Shown here: positions 10,113-20,516 of the stretch, in pieces
Layout: every line of letters begins with the position of its first letter
Numbering within the stretch: position 1 is the stretch's first letter
Assembly (NCBI GenBank): GCA_963677925.2
Contig: CAXXYH010000003.1
Coordinates: 1,408,001 to 1,472,000, forward strand
DNA from: Spirochaetia bacterium
GTDB lineage: Bacteria > Spirochaetota > Spirochaetia > UBA9216
DNA length: 64,000 nucleotides
Direction: 5' to 3'
The notes under the pieces: model-generated
Database searches by the model: none
Told to the model about the DNA's origin: nothing
Seen by the model: the letters and a program-made list of their open reading frames with translations, nothing else
Made by a program: the position numbers and the translations under genes

Positions 10113-10794
10113 TTATCTGTCTCCGTATTTTAAGTTGCCCCAGCAGCCTTGTAAAATAAAAGGTCACTGAAGCAAACAGAATGACCATGGATATATATTC
10201 AAAAAAGAAATACAATACCGGCTGCTCAAAATCGAAAAATACGAACTGAATCCGCAAAAACATATAGGATGCAATCTGATTCTTAATAAAGGCGTAAATG
10301 CCGAAACCAGACATCAGAACTGCCAGTACATTCAATAACACCCTCACTCGGACTGAAATTCCGGATTTTGTGCTCTTTGCTGTTATTTTAATAACCCTGC
10401 TCCAGTGCATTCCCAGATGAAGTGATGATAGAACAAAACCCCAATAGGATGTAACCATGTGCAGCTTTCTTGCGAAATCCATCCCTCCATCTATATTCAA
10501 AAAACTGAAAACATATGAAGAGAGCATTATGCTGCTGACAACAAGACCAATCGCACTAAGCAGAAGCAGGATGTTTATGATGTTATTCACAGACCTCCTC
10601 AAATGATAGGGTGGAACTGCCAAAGATTTGTACCATTTGCGGTTGAGAACTGTATGCACAATCCAGAGAGCAATCAGCAGGGTTCCAATTATTTCATGGG
10701 CAAGATCACCGGTGAGCATATATGCCATAAGGATAATCAGGGATACTGTCATGCTGATATCAACGATGATTTTTAGTTTCAGCTTTGAAGTCAT
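10105..10794 (-). CDS. DUF4405-type His-rich membrane protein
   Basis: Probable start MTSK at 10794. About 6 TM helices with HEIIG, IVHTVLN, LHMVTSYWG, LHLGMHW. Confidence 0.75.
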   Translation of the reverse strand: MTSKLKLKIIVDISMTVSLIILMAYMLTGDLAHEIIGTLLIALWIVHTVLNRKWYKSLAVPPYHLRRSVNNIINILLLLSAIGLVVSSIMLSSYVFSFLNIDGGMDFARKLHMVTSYWGFVLSSLHLGMHWSRVIKITAKSTKSGISVRVRVLLNVLAVLMSGFGIYAFIKNQIASYMFLRIQFVFFDFEQPVLYFFFEYISMVILFASVTFYFTRLLGQLKIRRQINA

Positions 10795-10795
10795 A

Positions 10796-11953
10796 TCATT
10801 TCTCCTTAAGTGCAGTTTCAAGCCGTGACAATGCATCTTCAACAGTACTGCGGGGACATGCAGTATTCATTCTGAGAAAGCCCGAACCTCCCGTCCCGTA
10901 ATGTCTGCCGTCAGTGAGGTAAAGACCCGTTTTTTCACGGATAAGACGGCAGAGCTCAGTACTGTCCTGAGTAATTTGCCTGCAGTCAAGCCACAGCAGA
11001 TAGGTAGCCTCTGACGGAACCACTGTAATACGGGGAATCCGTTCGGAGATAAAATTTCTTATGAACTGTTTATTCTGATACAGATACTCTCTCAGCTCTT
11101 CAAGCCAGGATTCGCCATGATTAAAAGCAGCAGTGACGGCCGGAACAGCAAAGGAATTAGGCTCGGCAATTTCATCGGTATTCAGCGCCCTGTACATTTT
11201 ATTGCGCAGATTTTCACCGGGGACCATAGCGGCTGCACTGTGCATGCCTGCAAGGTTGAATGCCTTAGAGGCTGAAAGAAATGTAACACTGTTATCCCTG
11301 CAGTCATCTGATACTGATGCAAAAGGAATGTAGTTTTTACCAGGATCAGTCAGGTCACAGTGGATTTCATCCGACAGGACTGTTACATTATTTTCCCTGC
11401 ACATTCTGCCTATCTTCTGAAGTTCCTCAATTTTCCATATTTTACCAACGGGATTATGCGGATTGCATAAAATCATCAGGCTTGTCTGAGGATCCCGTAG
11501 CTTTTCTTCAAGATCAGCAAAATCGATGTCATAGCCACGGCCGTTATAAGTCAACGGACTTTCAAGTATATGACGTCCGTTGTTAACTATTGAATTATAG
11601 AAGATATTGTAGACAGGGCTCTGTATCAGAACCTTTTCACCTGCAGTAGAAAGTTTCCGGACTGCACTGGATACAGCCGGAACAACACCTGTGCTGAATA
11701 TCAGCCAGTCTTTCTTCATTTGAAAATTATGTCGTCTCTGCCACCAGCTGATATATGCGTCATACCAGGAATCCTGAACAACTGAATACCCGAATACTCC
11801 ATGGCTGACGCGCTCATTAAGTGCAGTGATAATTTCAGGAGCTGTTTTGAAATCCATGTCGGCAACCCACATTGGGATTTCGCCTTCATTTATATCCCAT
11901 TTCAGGCTGTCCGTACCGGCTCTTTTTACCGGCTCATCAAAATCATACTTCAT
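10796..11953 (-). CDS. MalY/PatB-family PLP-dependent C-S lyase
   Basis: PMWVADMDF, HGVFGY, LCNPHNPVG, SDEIH, SASKAFNLAG, ATYLLWLD. Confidence 0.92.
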   Translation of the reverse strand: MKYDFDEPVKRAGTDSLKWDINEGEIPMWVADMDFKTAPEIITALNERVSHGVFGYSVVQDSWYDAYISWWQRRHNFQMKKDWLIFSTGVVPAVSSAVRKLSTAGEKVLIQSPVYNIFYNSIVNNGRHILESPLTYNGRGYDIDFADLEEKLRDPQTSLMILCNPHNPVGKIWKIEELQKIGRMCRENNVTVLSDEIHCDLTDPGKNYIPFASVSDDCRDNSVTFLSASKAFNLAGMHSAAAMVPGENLRNKMYRALNTDEIAEPNSFAVPAVTAAFNHGESWLEELREYLYQNKQFIRNFISERIPRITVVPSEATYLLWLDCRQITQDSTELCRLIREKTGLYLTDGRHYGTGGSGFLRMNTACPRSTVEDALSRLETALKEK

Positions 11954-11961
11954 ACTGATGA

Positions 11962-12861
11962 TTATACCACCTCAGCTAAATCTTCAGCTTCACTTCGGCA
12001 GATAATCCTGGTCTGTCCGGCATCAACCTTATCTTCTTCCATTATAATCTCACCGATACTGTCGGCTCTTATAATTCCGCCGTAGGGATTTTTTATACTG
12101 TCAATACTGCCCCGGACATCAACATCTACGGTTGAATATTCAAATGCCAGGTCTGTGTTCATAAGTGTACAGTCTTTCATTACAAGATTTTCGATGTAGC
12201 ACATCCCCTGCAGGCTCTCGATTGTACAGTTAATAAAAGTCAGATTCTTAGAATTCCAGCCGAGGTATTCACTGGAAATAAAGGAATCATAGACTGTTAC
12301 ATTTTCGCTGTTCCAGAAGGCATCCTTGGTTACCATGTGGGCATTTCTTACCTCTGCATTTTTTACACCGTCAAAAGAGTATCCGCCGACCAGAGATAAT
12401 CCGTCTACAGAAAGATTTTCACTGTTCATTGCAAAATAATCTCCCTTGACATTTATATTTTCAAGCCTGATATTTTTGCAGCTCCACAGTGTTTCAGCTG
12501 CATTGGACATAAGAACATTCTTCAACTCAATATCGTTGCAGCGTCTGAAGTTTTTAGGTGCCTCAATCACACTGTTCTCTACAGATATCCGGTTTGTGTA
12601 CCAGACACCTGCCCGCCCCATTTCCATCCAGGTACTGTTGCTGACATTTACATCACTGCAGTACCAGAGCGGATATTTCCATTTAAAAACTGATCCCTGC
12701 AGTTCAATCTGACTTGCTTCTTTTAAGGGTGATTCGCCTTCTTCAAAAACAGTATTTATTACCCGGAGATTATTTCCCTGAAAGAGAGCTCTTTCTCCCT
12801 TCAGAACCTGATTTTCGATTTGTTTCTTTTCTTTTGTGTTCATCTTATTCATTTGCCTCAT
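11962..12861 (-). CDS. DUF3737 family beta-helix protein (true start may be 12852 or 12843)
   Basis: GERALF, GESPLKE, WKYPLW, KDAFW, EYLGWNSKN, DLAFEYS; the usual partner of patB. Confidence 0.88.
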   Translation of the reverse strand: MRQMNKMNTKEKKQIENQVLKGERALFQGNNLRVINTVFEEGESPLKEASQIELQGSVFKWKYPLWYCSDVNVSNSTWMEMGRAGVWYTNRISVENSVIEAPKNFRRCNDIELKNVLMSNAAETLWSCKNIRLENINVKGDYFAMNSENLSVDGLSLVGGYSFDGVKNAEVRNAHMVTKDAFWNSENVTVYDSFISSEYLGWNSKNLTFINCTIESLQGMCYIENLVMKDCTLMNTDLAFEYSTVDVDVRGSIDSIKNPYGGIIRADSIGEIIMEEDKVDAGQTRIICRSEAEDLAEVV

Positions 12862-12865
12862 AATG

Positions 12866-12896
12866 AATGTACAACCTAGAGCTTACTCTATGTCAA
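12866..12896 (-). promoter_or_regulatory. Second MerR-type promoter with the same operator
   Basis: Minus strand TTGACA (12896-12891), 19-bp spacer, TACATT (12871-12866). Dyad CTAGAG-CTTA-CTCTAT at 12876-12891. Confidence 0.85.
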
Positions 12897-12969
12897 GCTT
12901 ATTGAGATGAATTTCACCCTTTTTTTCAATAAATCCGTATTTTTATACCTGGAGCAGCAAGTTTGAATA

Positions 12970-15282
12970 CTATGTTACGAGTTTTATATGAGATGCAGGT
13001 TCTTTTACAGCTATTCCAGGCGGAATATCAGCTTTTACCTCTAATTTCCGATCTACAAGTTTCCAGGAAATTTCTGCGGTCCCCCGCGGGGTAACAGCCT
13101 TTCCCTGTGCCCACTGCAGAAGTCCGGGAACAGGATTAATCTCCATTTCAGAAAAACCAGGGGCTGAAGGCCTTACTCCTAGAATTACTGAAGGAAGTTC
13201 ATACAGAGCAAGGGCACCCCAGGCATGGCAGTCGCTGCGGCTTAGAACATTATCCTCTTCACATGTTGTGAGATTCTTTTTCAGCATATCACGCCAGATA
13301 TTCCACAGTGCATCAGTTCTGTCATACATTCCACACATTTCAAGGGCACGGAAAAGATAAAACATCATGGCAACTGAACACTGTGCATAACTTTCCGGGT
13401 CATCTAAAGTCATTTTGAGTAAACCTTTGCCTTCTTCAGCTGAGACTGTACCGGTAAGGATGGCAAAAACCTGGGAATGCTGACTGCATACCTTGGTATA
13501 GGGACCGTCCGTAAACATACCGTCTGACCTGCGGCAGTGATTTTTTACTGCACTCTGAACCGATGCCGCCTCATTAAGAAGCTGAGCGGAAAGATCTGCG
13601 TACCCAAGCCATGAACATATTTCCGCCGAATATTTCAAACCAAGTATAAACAGAAGACTTTCCATCGTAATCGGACCGTCAAATGTTGCAGGGGGAACAC
13701 CGAAGGAGGTTTTCCACTCTTTAGTCCAGTCTATGAATGACCATACGCGTGAACTGAAAAGCAGTCCGCCAATTTTTTTCACAAGACCATTCTCGCTGAG
13801 GTTTCTGCGGAAAAAATTAATTACGCCGAGGATGGACGGAAGATGCTCCTGTAAAAGTATCCTGTCTCCGAAGTACATCATGTGGTCATATACCATACCT
13901 ATATAAAAAACTGAAAACCCGGGAATGATATGATCTTCAAAATTGGGATATGAGCAGTTTATCATTCCGTCAAACTTCGAAGATCTTCTAAAATCTTCCA
14001 TACATTGCCTGGCAAGCCGGTCGTCAGCGGACACTGCGTAGGTATAAAGAATCTGACTTCTTGAATCCATGGCATACTGCATCTGCTCATAAAAGGGACA
14101 GTCTTCATAGGTCTCGTGCATGCATAGACGAAGACTCCGCTCACTGATGTCCCAGATTCCATCAAAGGTCTGATCAGAAATCATGGCAGAGCTTTTTATT
14201 TCAAGCGGATACGCAAAATACCGGTATAAAAAATCTTTAAGAACAAGAGGCTCATTTCCTGTACTTATTTCAAGTCTGATATAGCGGAAAGTCCGGAACC
14301 AGAAGGTCTCATAAACTTCTACCGACTCGCCTGCAGTCGCACCGCTGACAGAGTAAGTATCTGTAAAACCGAACAGCTTTCCTTTTTCCGAATCTGTCCG
14401 GTCTCCTTTGAGAGGAATAAAATGCCCTTCGTTATCATCCACAGGATCATATGCATAGCATTCCGAGGTCAGTAAACTTATGGTAGCACCTGCTCCTCCA
14501 GACATTTTCAGTACCGGAAAACCCGTTGTCTCGGCACCTGCACTGATCTCGATAATCTCTGTAGTTTCAGGAGCAATCACAAGCGGCATTCCATCCTGGA
14601 GGGAATTATTCCATTCGTCCGCGGAAAGTGCCGACCTCCTTATCACCTGAATATTTTCAAAACGCCTCTCCTCCGAGTATAGAAGCGGTATTGTTCTTTC
14701 CTGAAGACATTCAGGAAGCAGGATTTCCGGAACCTCAGAACCTCCCCTAACCTTGACGCTTTTCCAGTTACAATCATCAAAGCTCTCACTGAATACACCG
14801 GAATTATAGGAAGTTCCTGCAGTATTCTCAAATATTGACAGGGGAGCAAAATGAGCATCCTCAGCATAGAGAGAGACATCCGACTCTGTGTATTTCCAGC
14901 TTTCGTCTGTGTTAAACACAGAACCCTGTATATACAGGCCCGGACAGCCTGTTCTGTGCACCGAAAAATTACCTCCCCGATGCCGGGTACTTACTTCAAG
15001 GATTTCAGCAACAACTATATTACCGCCGTCATTTAAAAAGGGTTTAATATCAATGCGATCAAAATAGTGAATATTCCGGTCCCCCTTCTGAGGCCCCATA
15101 TTAATAAAACTGCCGTTTATATAAAGTTTATATTTGGAGTCAGCTGTTATTATTATTTCAGCAGGACCATCAGCCTGAAGGTATTCAACAGTTTTTCTGA
15201 AGTATATAACTCTTCCAGGCTTTGACATATCCAAATCTGATTCTTCGATCCATATCCAGTTTGCTGTGTTTTCCGATTTCAA
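12970..15282 (-). CDS. GH78-type alpha-L-rhamnosidase
   Basis: TADSKYKLYING, FRYIRL, ETYEDCPFYEQMQY, FIDW, TTCEE, RSDCHAW; no signal peptide. Confidence 0.88.
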   Translation of the reverse strand: MKSENTANWIWIEESDLDMSKPGRVIYFRKTVEYLQADGPAEIIITADSKYKLYINGSFINMGPQKGDRNIHYFDRIDIKPFLNDGGNIVVAEILEVSTRHRGGNFSVHRTGCPGLYIQGSVFNTDESWKYTESDVSLYAEDAHFAPLSIFENTAGTSYNSGVFSESFDDCNWKSVKVRGGSEVPEILLPECLQERTIPLLYSEERRFENIQVIRRSALSADEWNNSLQDGMPLVIAPETTEIIEISAGAETTGFPVLKMSGGAGATISLLTSECYAYDPVDDNEGHFIPLKGDRTDSEKGKLFGFTDTYSVSGATAGESVEVYETFWFRTFRYIRLEISTGNEPLVLKDFLYRYFAYPLEIKSSAMISDQTFDGIWDISERSLRLCMHETYEDCPFYEQMQYAMDSRSQILYTYAVSADDRLARQCMEDFRRSSKFDGMINCSYPNFEDHIIPGFSVFYIGMVYDHMMYFGDRILLQEHLPSILGVINFFRRNLSENGLVKKIGGLLFSSRVWSFIDWTKEWKTSFGVPPATFDGPITMESLLFILGLKYSAEICSWLGYADLSAQLLNEAASVQSAVKNHCRRSDGMFTDGPYTKVCSQHSQVFAILTGTVSAEEGKGLLKMTLDDPESYAQCSVAMMFYLFRALEMCGMYDRTDALWNIWRDMLKKNLTTCEEDNVLSRSDCHAWGALALYELPSVILGVRPSAPGFSEMEINPVPGLLQWAQGKAVTPRGTAEISWKLVDRKLEVKADIPPGIAVKEPASHIKLVT

Positions 15283-15336
15283 TTTTGTTCTCCGGTTTTT
15301 TACAGGCCTGAAAAAGTTTAACTTGCAGAATAAAAC

Positions 15337-16938
15337 TTAAAGCTGTTCGCGATAGGCCTGGGGACTGAGCCCTGTTTTACTTTTAAAAAATCTTCCAAAA
15401 TATCCTGAACTTGAAAATCCCAGGTCAATTGCTATTTCTTTAATCTGCAGATTATGATCAGCAATAAGTTTTTTTGCCCTGATGATTTTCAGATCATTTA
15501 TATACTGCAGTATGTTTATATTTTCATTTTTCTTGAAAAGCCTTGAAATATACTCGGGACTTAAGTTAACAAAGTCGGCAAGTGTATCAAGAGATGTATC
15601 ACCGCTTAGATTATCCTGAATATATTTCTTAATTTTGTTGATTAGATATCCGGCATGACGTTCCTGATCGGCACTTCTGGTTTCAAATAAAAAATCCACT
15701 ATTCTCAGAAGATAGCTGAAGGCTTCGGTCCATGAGCTGTGTAAAGTAACGTTAAAAAGAGAAGCAACATCGGCTTCCTGCTTAATGGCATCGGATAGGT
15801 TGTAGTGATTGATGTACTGAAACAAAACGACTGCAATATCATAATATACTTCAACAGCAAAGAGGTCCTGAATGCTGGATACATTTTCAAACAGCTCCAG
15901 AGCCTCGGTTATCAGATCCTTAACCTGCTGCTTGTTTGAGTTCTCAAAGAAGAAATCCATCAGTTTTATTCTTGATATGATATTATTCTTCTGCTGTTCA
16001 ATCCCGTAGTCACTTCTTGTTTCACTTAGAAATTCATTATCGATAAGAAGAATATCGTCATCGCTGCCGCGCATAAACTTGGATTTGACAGTCTGAAAAT
16101 TCATTAAAAAATCTTCAAGCAGAACAGCTTCACTGCTGATACCTATCCTGACTGTCATACCGAAATTTTTCCCGCATGCTTTCTGAAACAGCTCCCCCGC
16201 TGAATACAGATTTATTGTCTTCAATTCGAATTCTCTGTTTTCAGACTGGAGCAGTATGACAATAAAGTTCCTTGCAAAATTAAAGGATACACCTGCTGCG
16301 TTTATAAAGAAGTATCTTTCAATAAGGTTCTGCAGATCTTCTGTAATTTTAAGCTGTTCATAGTAATCTTCTTTGACAATATATTCATGATGCACAACTA
16401 CATAGTTAATTTTCTCTGAAATATCAAGTTTAATTTCAAGATCTCTGAAAAGTTCCTGAGTGATGCATGAATTATCAATAAAGCCGTTCATTAGATCAAA
16501 AAGAAACTGAACCCGCTTAAGCATCTTAAGTCTGCTGCTTTCCTGCAGACTTTTCTCAATCAGAAAATCATTTTCAATTTCTTCAACAGCTTCTCTTACA
16601 GCATCAATAATTTTACTGTCGTCCTCAGCTTTAAGGACATAGCGGGCATGCTTCTGAGCCTTATAAACATAGTCAAACTCGGAAAATCCTGTTAGAAAGA
16701 CAACCTTGCAGTGGGGCCATCTCTCCAGAATGGCGTCCATCAGCTGAAGTCCATTCATTTTGGGCATCTGTATATCAGTCAGTACGATGTCGATTTTTTT
16801 CTGTTCAAGAATTTTCTGTGCCTCAATAGCCGATGCGGCAGAAAATAAATTAAGCTCAAGAGTCTCCTCCATTGAAAAGAGGTCGACCATACCCTGTCTT
16901 ATTATTTTCTCATCATCGACTATTAAAAGATTATACAT
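15337..16938 (-). CDS. YesN-type response regulator (REC + AraC HTH)
   Basis: LIVDDE, TDIQMPKMNG, TGFSEFDY; C-terminal EYISRLFKK...GYFGRFFKSKTGLSPQAYR. Confidence 0.93.
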   Translation of the reverse strand: MYNLLIVDDEKIIRQGMVDLFSMEETLELNLFSAASAIEAQKILEQKKIDIVLTDIQMPKMNGLQLMDAILERWPHCKVVFLTGFSEFDYVYKAQKHARYVLKAEDDSKIIDAVREAVEEIENDFLIEKSLQESSRLKMLKRVQFLFDLMNGFIDNSCITQELFRDLEIKLDISEKINYVVVHHEYIVKEDYYEQLKITEDLQNLIERYFFINAAGVSFNFARNFIVILLQSENREFELKTINLYSAGELFQKACGKNFGMTVRIGISSEAVLLEDFLMNFQTVKSKFMRGSDDDILLIDNEFLSETRSDYGIEQQKNNIISRIKLMDFFFENSNKQQVKDLITEALELFENVSSIQDLFAVEVYYDIAVVLFQYINHYNLSDAIKQEADVASLFNVTLHSSWTEAFSYLLRIVDFLFETRSADQERHAGYLINKIKKYIQDNLSGDTSLDTLADFVNLSPEYISRLFKKNENINILQYINDLKIIRAKKLIADHNLQIKEIAIDLGFSSSGYFGRFFKSKTGLSPQAYREQL

Positions 16939-16941
16939 CTG

Positions 16942-17832
16942 CTACTCTTTAACACTCCCTAAAGTCATACCGGTAACAAAATATTTCTGCAGAATTGGAT
17001 ATATTAAAAGTATAGGTATTATTGCTATAAAAATCTGCGAAGCAGTCAGAGTTTTTTGTGAAATAAGCTTCATCACTTCTACATTATTCAGATCCAGATT
17101 AGTGGCATTAGCAGAAGCTGACTGGATAACATTTCGCAGATATGTCTGAAGCGGATATTTACCCGGATCACTAAGAAAGACAAGACCGTCAAACCAGGAA
17201 TTCCAGTGAAATACCATTGTGAACAGACCTACAGTTGCCAGTGACGGCTTTGATATCGGCAGATATATTTTCCAGAGAATGGTGAAATGGTTTGCCCCGT
17301 CAATGAACGCTGATTCTGCAAGACTGTATGGTATTCCCCTGAAGAAATTAAGCATGAGTATAATATTAAAAACCTGAACAGAAAAAGGAAGAACAAGAGC
17401 CCATATGGTATTATAGATACCCACTGCCTTAACTACAATAAACAGCGGTATAAGTCCTCCGCTGAAAACCATAGTTACAATGAAAGTCCATGAATAGAAT
17501 TTCCTTGCGTGAAAGTTTCTTGTTGACTGAGATAGAGCATATGCGCTTGTTATGGTCAGAAACATACTTATCGAAGTTCCAAGAATAACACGCAGTACAG
17601 CAACTCCGAAAGCCCTGAAGAATTCCTCTTTACCGAGGATGTATTTATATGAACTGAGCGTAAAATCTACAGGAAAAATGGTGACCCACCCGGCCTGTGC
17701 CGCAGCATTCGAGCTGAATGAGAGAGCCAGTATGTGCAGAAGCGGAAACAGTGAAATAAACGCTGTCACCGTTAATATAATATAATTGAAGGTATTGAAA
17801 ACCTTTCTCGAAACTGAAGAGTTTTTTACCAT
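16942..17832 (-). CDS. Carbohydrate ABC permease (LplC-like)
   Basis: FSGGLIP, ESAFIDGA loop, HWNSWF, GSVKE terminus. Confidence 0.93.
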   Translation of the reverse strand: MVKNSSVSRKVFNTFNYIILTVTAFISLFPLLHILALSFSSNAAAQAGWVTIFPVDFTLSSYKYILGKEEFFRAFGVAVLRVILGTSISMFLTITSAYALSQSTRNFHARKFYSWTFIVTMVFSGGLIPLFIVVKAVGIYNTIWALVLPFSVQVFNIILMLNFFRGIPYSLAESAFIDGANHFTILWKIYLPISKPSLATVGLFTMVFHWNSWFDGLVFLSDPGKYPLQTYLRNVIQSASANATNLDLNNVEVMKLISQKTLTASQIFIAIIPILLIYPILQKYFVTGMTLGSVKE

Positions 17833-17841
17833 TTCAATCTC

Positions 17842-18753
17842 CTAGAATAATCTATAATTGGCAAAGCGTTTAGCCATATAGAAAGATGAAGCTATAAAAA
17901 TCAGTGACACCACAGATTTAAAAACACCTATAGCTGTAGCAACACTGTACTGCAGCTGCTGCATACCCACACGGTAAACAAAGGTATCAATGATATCAGC
18001 CTTTTCATATACAATAGGACTGTACAGGTTAAAGATTTGATCAAAACCTGCATTCAGAATATTACCCAGGCTCAATACGGTTAAGAGAATAATAATCGGC
18101 TTAAGGCTGGGCAGGGTTATATAGAGCATCTGCTTGAACTCACCTGCTCCATCAACTGTAGCAGCTTCATAAATAGTCTGATCAATACTTGTCAGAGCTG
18201 CCAGAAATATAACCAGGTTGTAGCCGACTTCTTTCCATATATGAGAAGCAACAAGAACACTCCGTATGGTTTCCAGGCTTCCAAGAAAATACACAGGCTC
18301 ATGTCCAAGACTTGATATCAGTTTATTTATAAAACCATCTGAAGGCGAAAGTAAATCAATCAATATTCCGCTTAAAATAACCCATGAAAGAAAAAACGGA
18401 ATATATACAATAGTCTGCACACCCTTTTTAAAAAGCTTGATTTTTACTTCATTCAAAAGCAGAGCCAGGATAAGCGGAACACTTATTCCGGCAATTATTT
18501 TAAAAATTGCAATAACAACAGTATTAACCAGTACTCGCCTTGTGTCGGAAATTGCAAATATATATTTAAAATTCTCCAGGCCTATCCATTCTGATCTGAA
18601 AAACTGCCCGAAACCTCCTGACGGAATAAAATCCTGAAAAGCTATCACGATTCCGATCATCGGGAAGTAGGCAAAAATCAAAACCATTATGAACGCAGGC
18701 ATCATCATTACATGCAGAGGCCATTCTTTTTTCAGAATCTTTCCCATCTTCAT
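17842..18753 (-). CDS. Carbohydrate ABC permease (LplB-like)
   Basis: WIGLENF, PFFLSWV, YEAATVDGAG, DIIDTFVYRVG. Confidence 0.93.
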   Translation of the reverse strand: MKMGKILKKEWPLHVMMMPAFIMVLIFAYFPMIGIVIAFQDFIPSGGFGQFFRSEWIGLENFKYIFAISDTRRVLVNTVVIAIFKIIAGISVPLILALLLNEVKIKLFKKGVQTIVYIPFFLSWVILSGILIDLLSPSDGFINKLISSLGHEPVYFLGSLETIRSVLVASHIWKEVGYNLVIFLAALTSIDQTIYEAATVDGAGEFKQMLYITLPSLKPIIILLTVLSLGNILNAGFDQIFNLYSPIVYEKADIIDTFVYRVGMQQLQYSVATAIGVFKSVVSLIFIASSFYMAKRFANYRLF

Positions 18754-18774
18754 AACTGTATCTCCTCAATATAC

Positions 18775-18807
18775 AAAAAGAGTGAAGCAGAAGCTGCTCC
18801 ACTCTTT
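18775..18807 (-). terminator. Intrinsic terminator/stabilising hairpin between binding-protein and permease genes
   Basis: Minus strand AAAGAGTGGAGCAG-CTT-CTGCTTCACTC followed by TTTTT. Confidence 0.75.
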
Positions 18808-18821
18808 CAGCCTATTCTGAA

Positions 18822-20516
18822 CTATTTAGCGGAATACCACTGGTTAACTTCTGCAGTTATCTGCTCAAGACCGATTTTATTCAGTTCCTCAACAAAACTT
18901 CCAAAAGTGCTGATGTTTTCTACACCCATAATAACCTTGGTGAAGTATTCCATCTCCTTGTCCTTGATGAGCTGCATTTTTCTCTTCATGGTATCAGTGG
19001 TTGCTCCGTAGAAAGCATCCATCTGAAAGAGATCACCTTCATAGTAGTAATTCATTGCCTTGAATGCGCCGTCCTTACCGAAGGTCTTTACTGCTCCTGC
19101 GAATGACATATCACCGTTATTGTAGCCTACTATTGAATTGTAGTAGTTGAGCTCTTCAGCATTAAGAATTGAGGGATCATCTTTTTCAAAGGCTTCATTC
19201 ACATGCCAGTAAGCCTGCAGATTGTTTAAAGCGTTATATGTTTTGAACATGGTTTCATGAAGTGCAAACTGAGGAATGCCTGTATCGTCTACAAGATAGA
19301 GCTTGTATTCTTCAGGTGAAGCATATGAGAATTTTTCAACAAAAAAGTTAAGCAGTTTGATAAGAGCTTCTGGATGTTCAGCATCCTTGCTTACTACGTA
19401 GTACCAGGGTATGTTGAGTTTAATCTGGGGCTTGGCAGGAGCTGATGTAGCTGTAGGAATGGCTACCGGAATCCAGTTAGCATTCGGATCGTTCTCAAGT
19501 GTACTCATGAGAGGCCACATTGCATTCCACATTGCTCCGTACTGTATGCCGGCTCTGCCTGATGCTGAAAGCTCGGAAACCTTCATCATGTCTTTTACAC
19601 CGAAATCTTCTTCGATCAAACCTTCTTCATACAGTTTATTAAGGAATACAAGTGCATTCCTTGTTTCAGGCTGAATGCTTCCGTAGACAAGACCGCCTTT
19701 ACCATCTTCCACCCAGGCTCTTGGATATGAACCGAATCCGTTAAACAGACCAAGACCGTCTCCGGCATCGGCAGCCATACGCATAGGAACAAATTCCCTG
19801 TGAAGAATCAAACCAAGAGTATCATTCTTTCCGTCTTTATCAGGATCGTTTTCCTTGAAAGCTTTCATAACCTTATAGAGTTCATCCATTGTTTTCGGAA
19901 CACTCATGCCGAGATTATCAAGCCAGTCAGCTCTGATCCACAGGAAGGGAGCTGTGTCTATTGAAGAATCAGTACTTGGTATAGCAATAACTTTTCCGCC
20001 GAAAGTAGCAGAGTCCATCGCAGCAGAACCTTCCTGAGTCATCCATTCTTTAAGATGGTCGCTTGCATACATATCATAAACATCGCCGATATTTTTATTG
20101 ATAAGATCACTCTTTGCAAGAAGCGCCAGCTGCTCTTTGTTTACCATCATGATATCAGGAATATCTCCTGAAGCGATAGCAATGTTTTTCTTCTGAACAC
20201 TGTCTTCTTCAGACTGGGCTGCAAACCAGACATACTCCAAATTAATGCCGAGTTCTGCAAGATACTGTTTCTGCCAGATATTATTCATTATCCGGTCTTT
20301 TGTAAAAAATTCAGCCAGCGGCGGCTCAATCTCAAAAAATGTGCTTACTGTAATCGGCTCTTCATACTTTCCAAGCGGATCAGTATTTACATCTTCAGCC
20401 ATCTTAACGGAAGCAGAATCATCCTGCTTTCCCGAAGCTGATACGGGCAGTGCAATTACGGTTACAAGTAAAAGCAGAAAAACCCATTTCAAGTTACCTG
20501 TCATCAGTCTTTTCAT
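18822..20516 (-). CDS. Carbohydrate ABC substrate-binding protein (LplA-like)
   Basis: Start reassigned to ATG 20516 (GGAGG at 20529-20525, then signal peptide MKRLM...VSASGKQDD). IASGDIPD, WIRADWLDNLG, DPDKDGKNDT. Confidence 0.92.
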   Translation of the reverse strand: MKRLMTGNLKWVFLLLLVTVIALPVSASGKQDDSASVKMAEDVNTDPLGKYEEPITVSTFFEIEPPLAEFFTKDRIMNNIWQKQYLAELGINLEYVWFAAQSEEDSVQKKNIAIASGDIPDIMMVNKEQLALLAKSDLINKNIGDVYDMYASDHLKEWMTQEGSAAMDSATFGGKVIAIPSTDSSIDTAPFLWIRADWLDNLGMSVPKTMDELYKVMKAFKENDPDKDGKNDTLGLILHREFVPMRMAADAGDGLGLFNGFGSYPRAWVEDGKGGLVYGSIQPETRNALVFLNKLYEEGLIEEDFGVKDMMKVSELSASGRAGIQYGAMWNAMWPLMSTLENDPNANWIPVAIPTATSAPAKPQIKLNIPWYYVVSKDAEHPEALIKLLNFFVEKFSYASPEEYKLYLVDDTGIPQFALHETMFKTYNALNNLQAYWHVNEAFEKDDPSILNAEELNYYNSIVGYNNGDMSFAGAVKTFGKDGAFKAMNYYYEGDLFQMDAFYGATTDTMKRKMQLIKDKEMEYFTKVIMGVENISTFGSFVEELNKIGLEQITAEVNQWYSAK

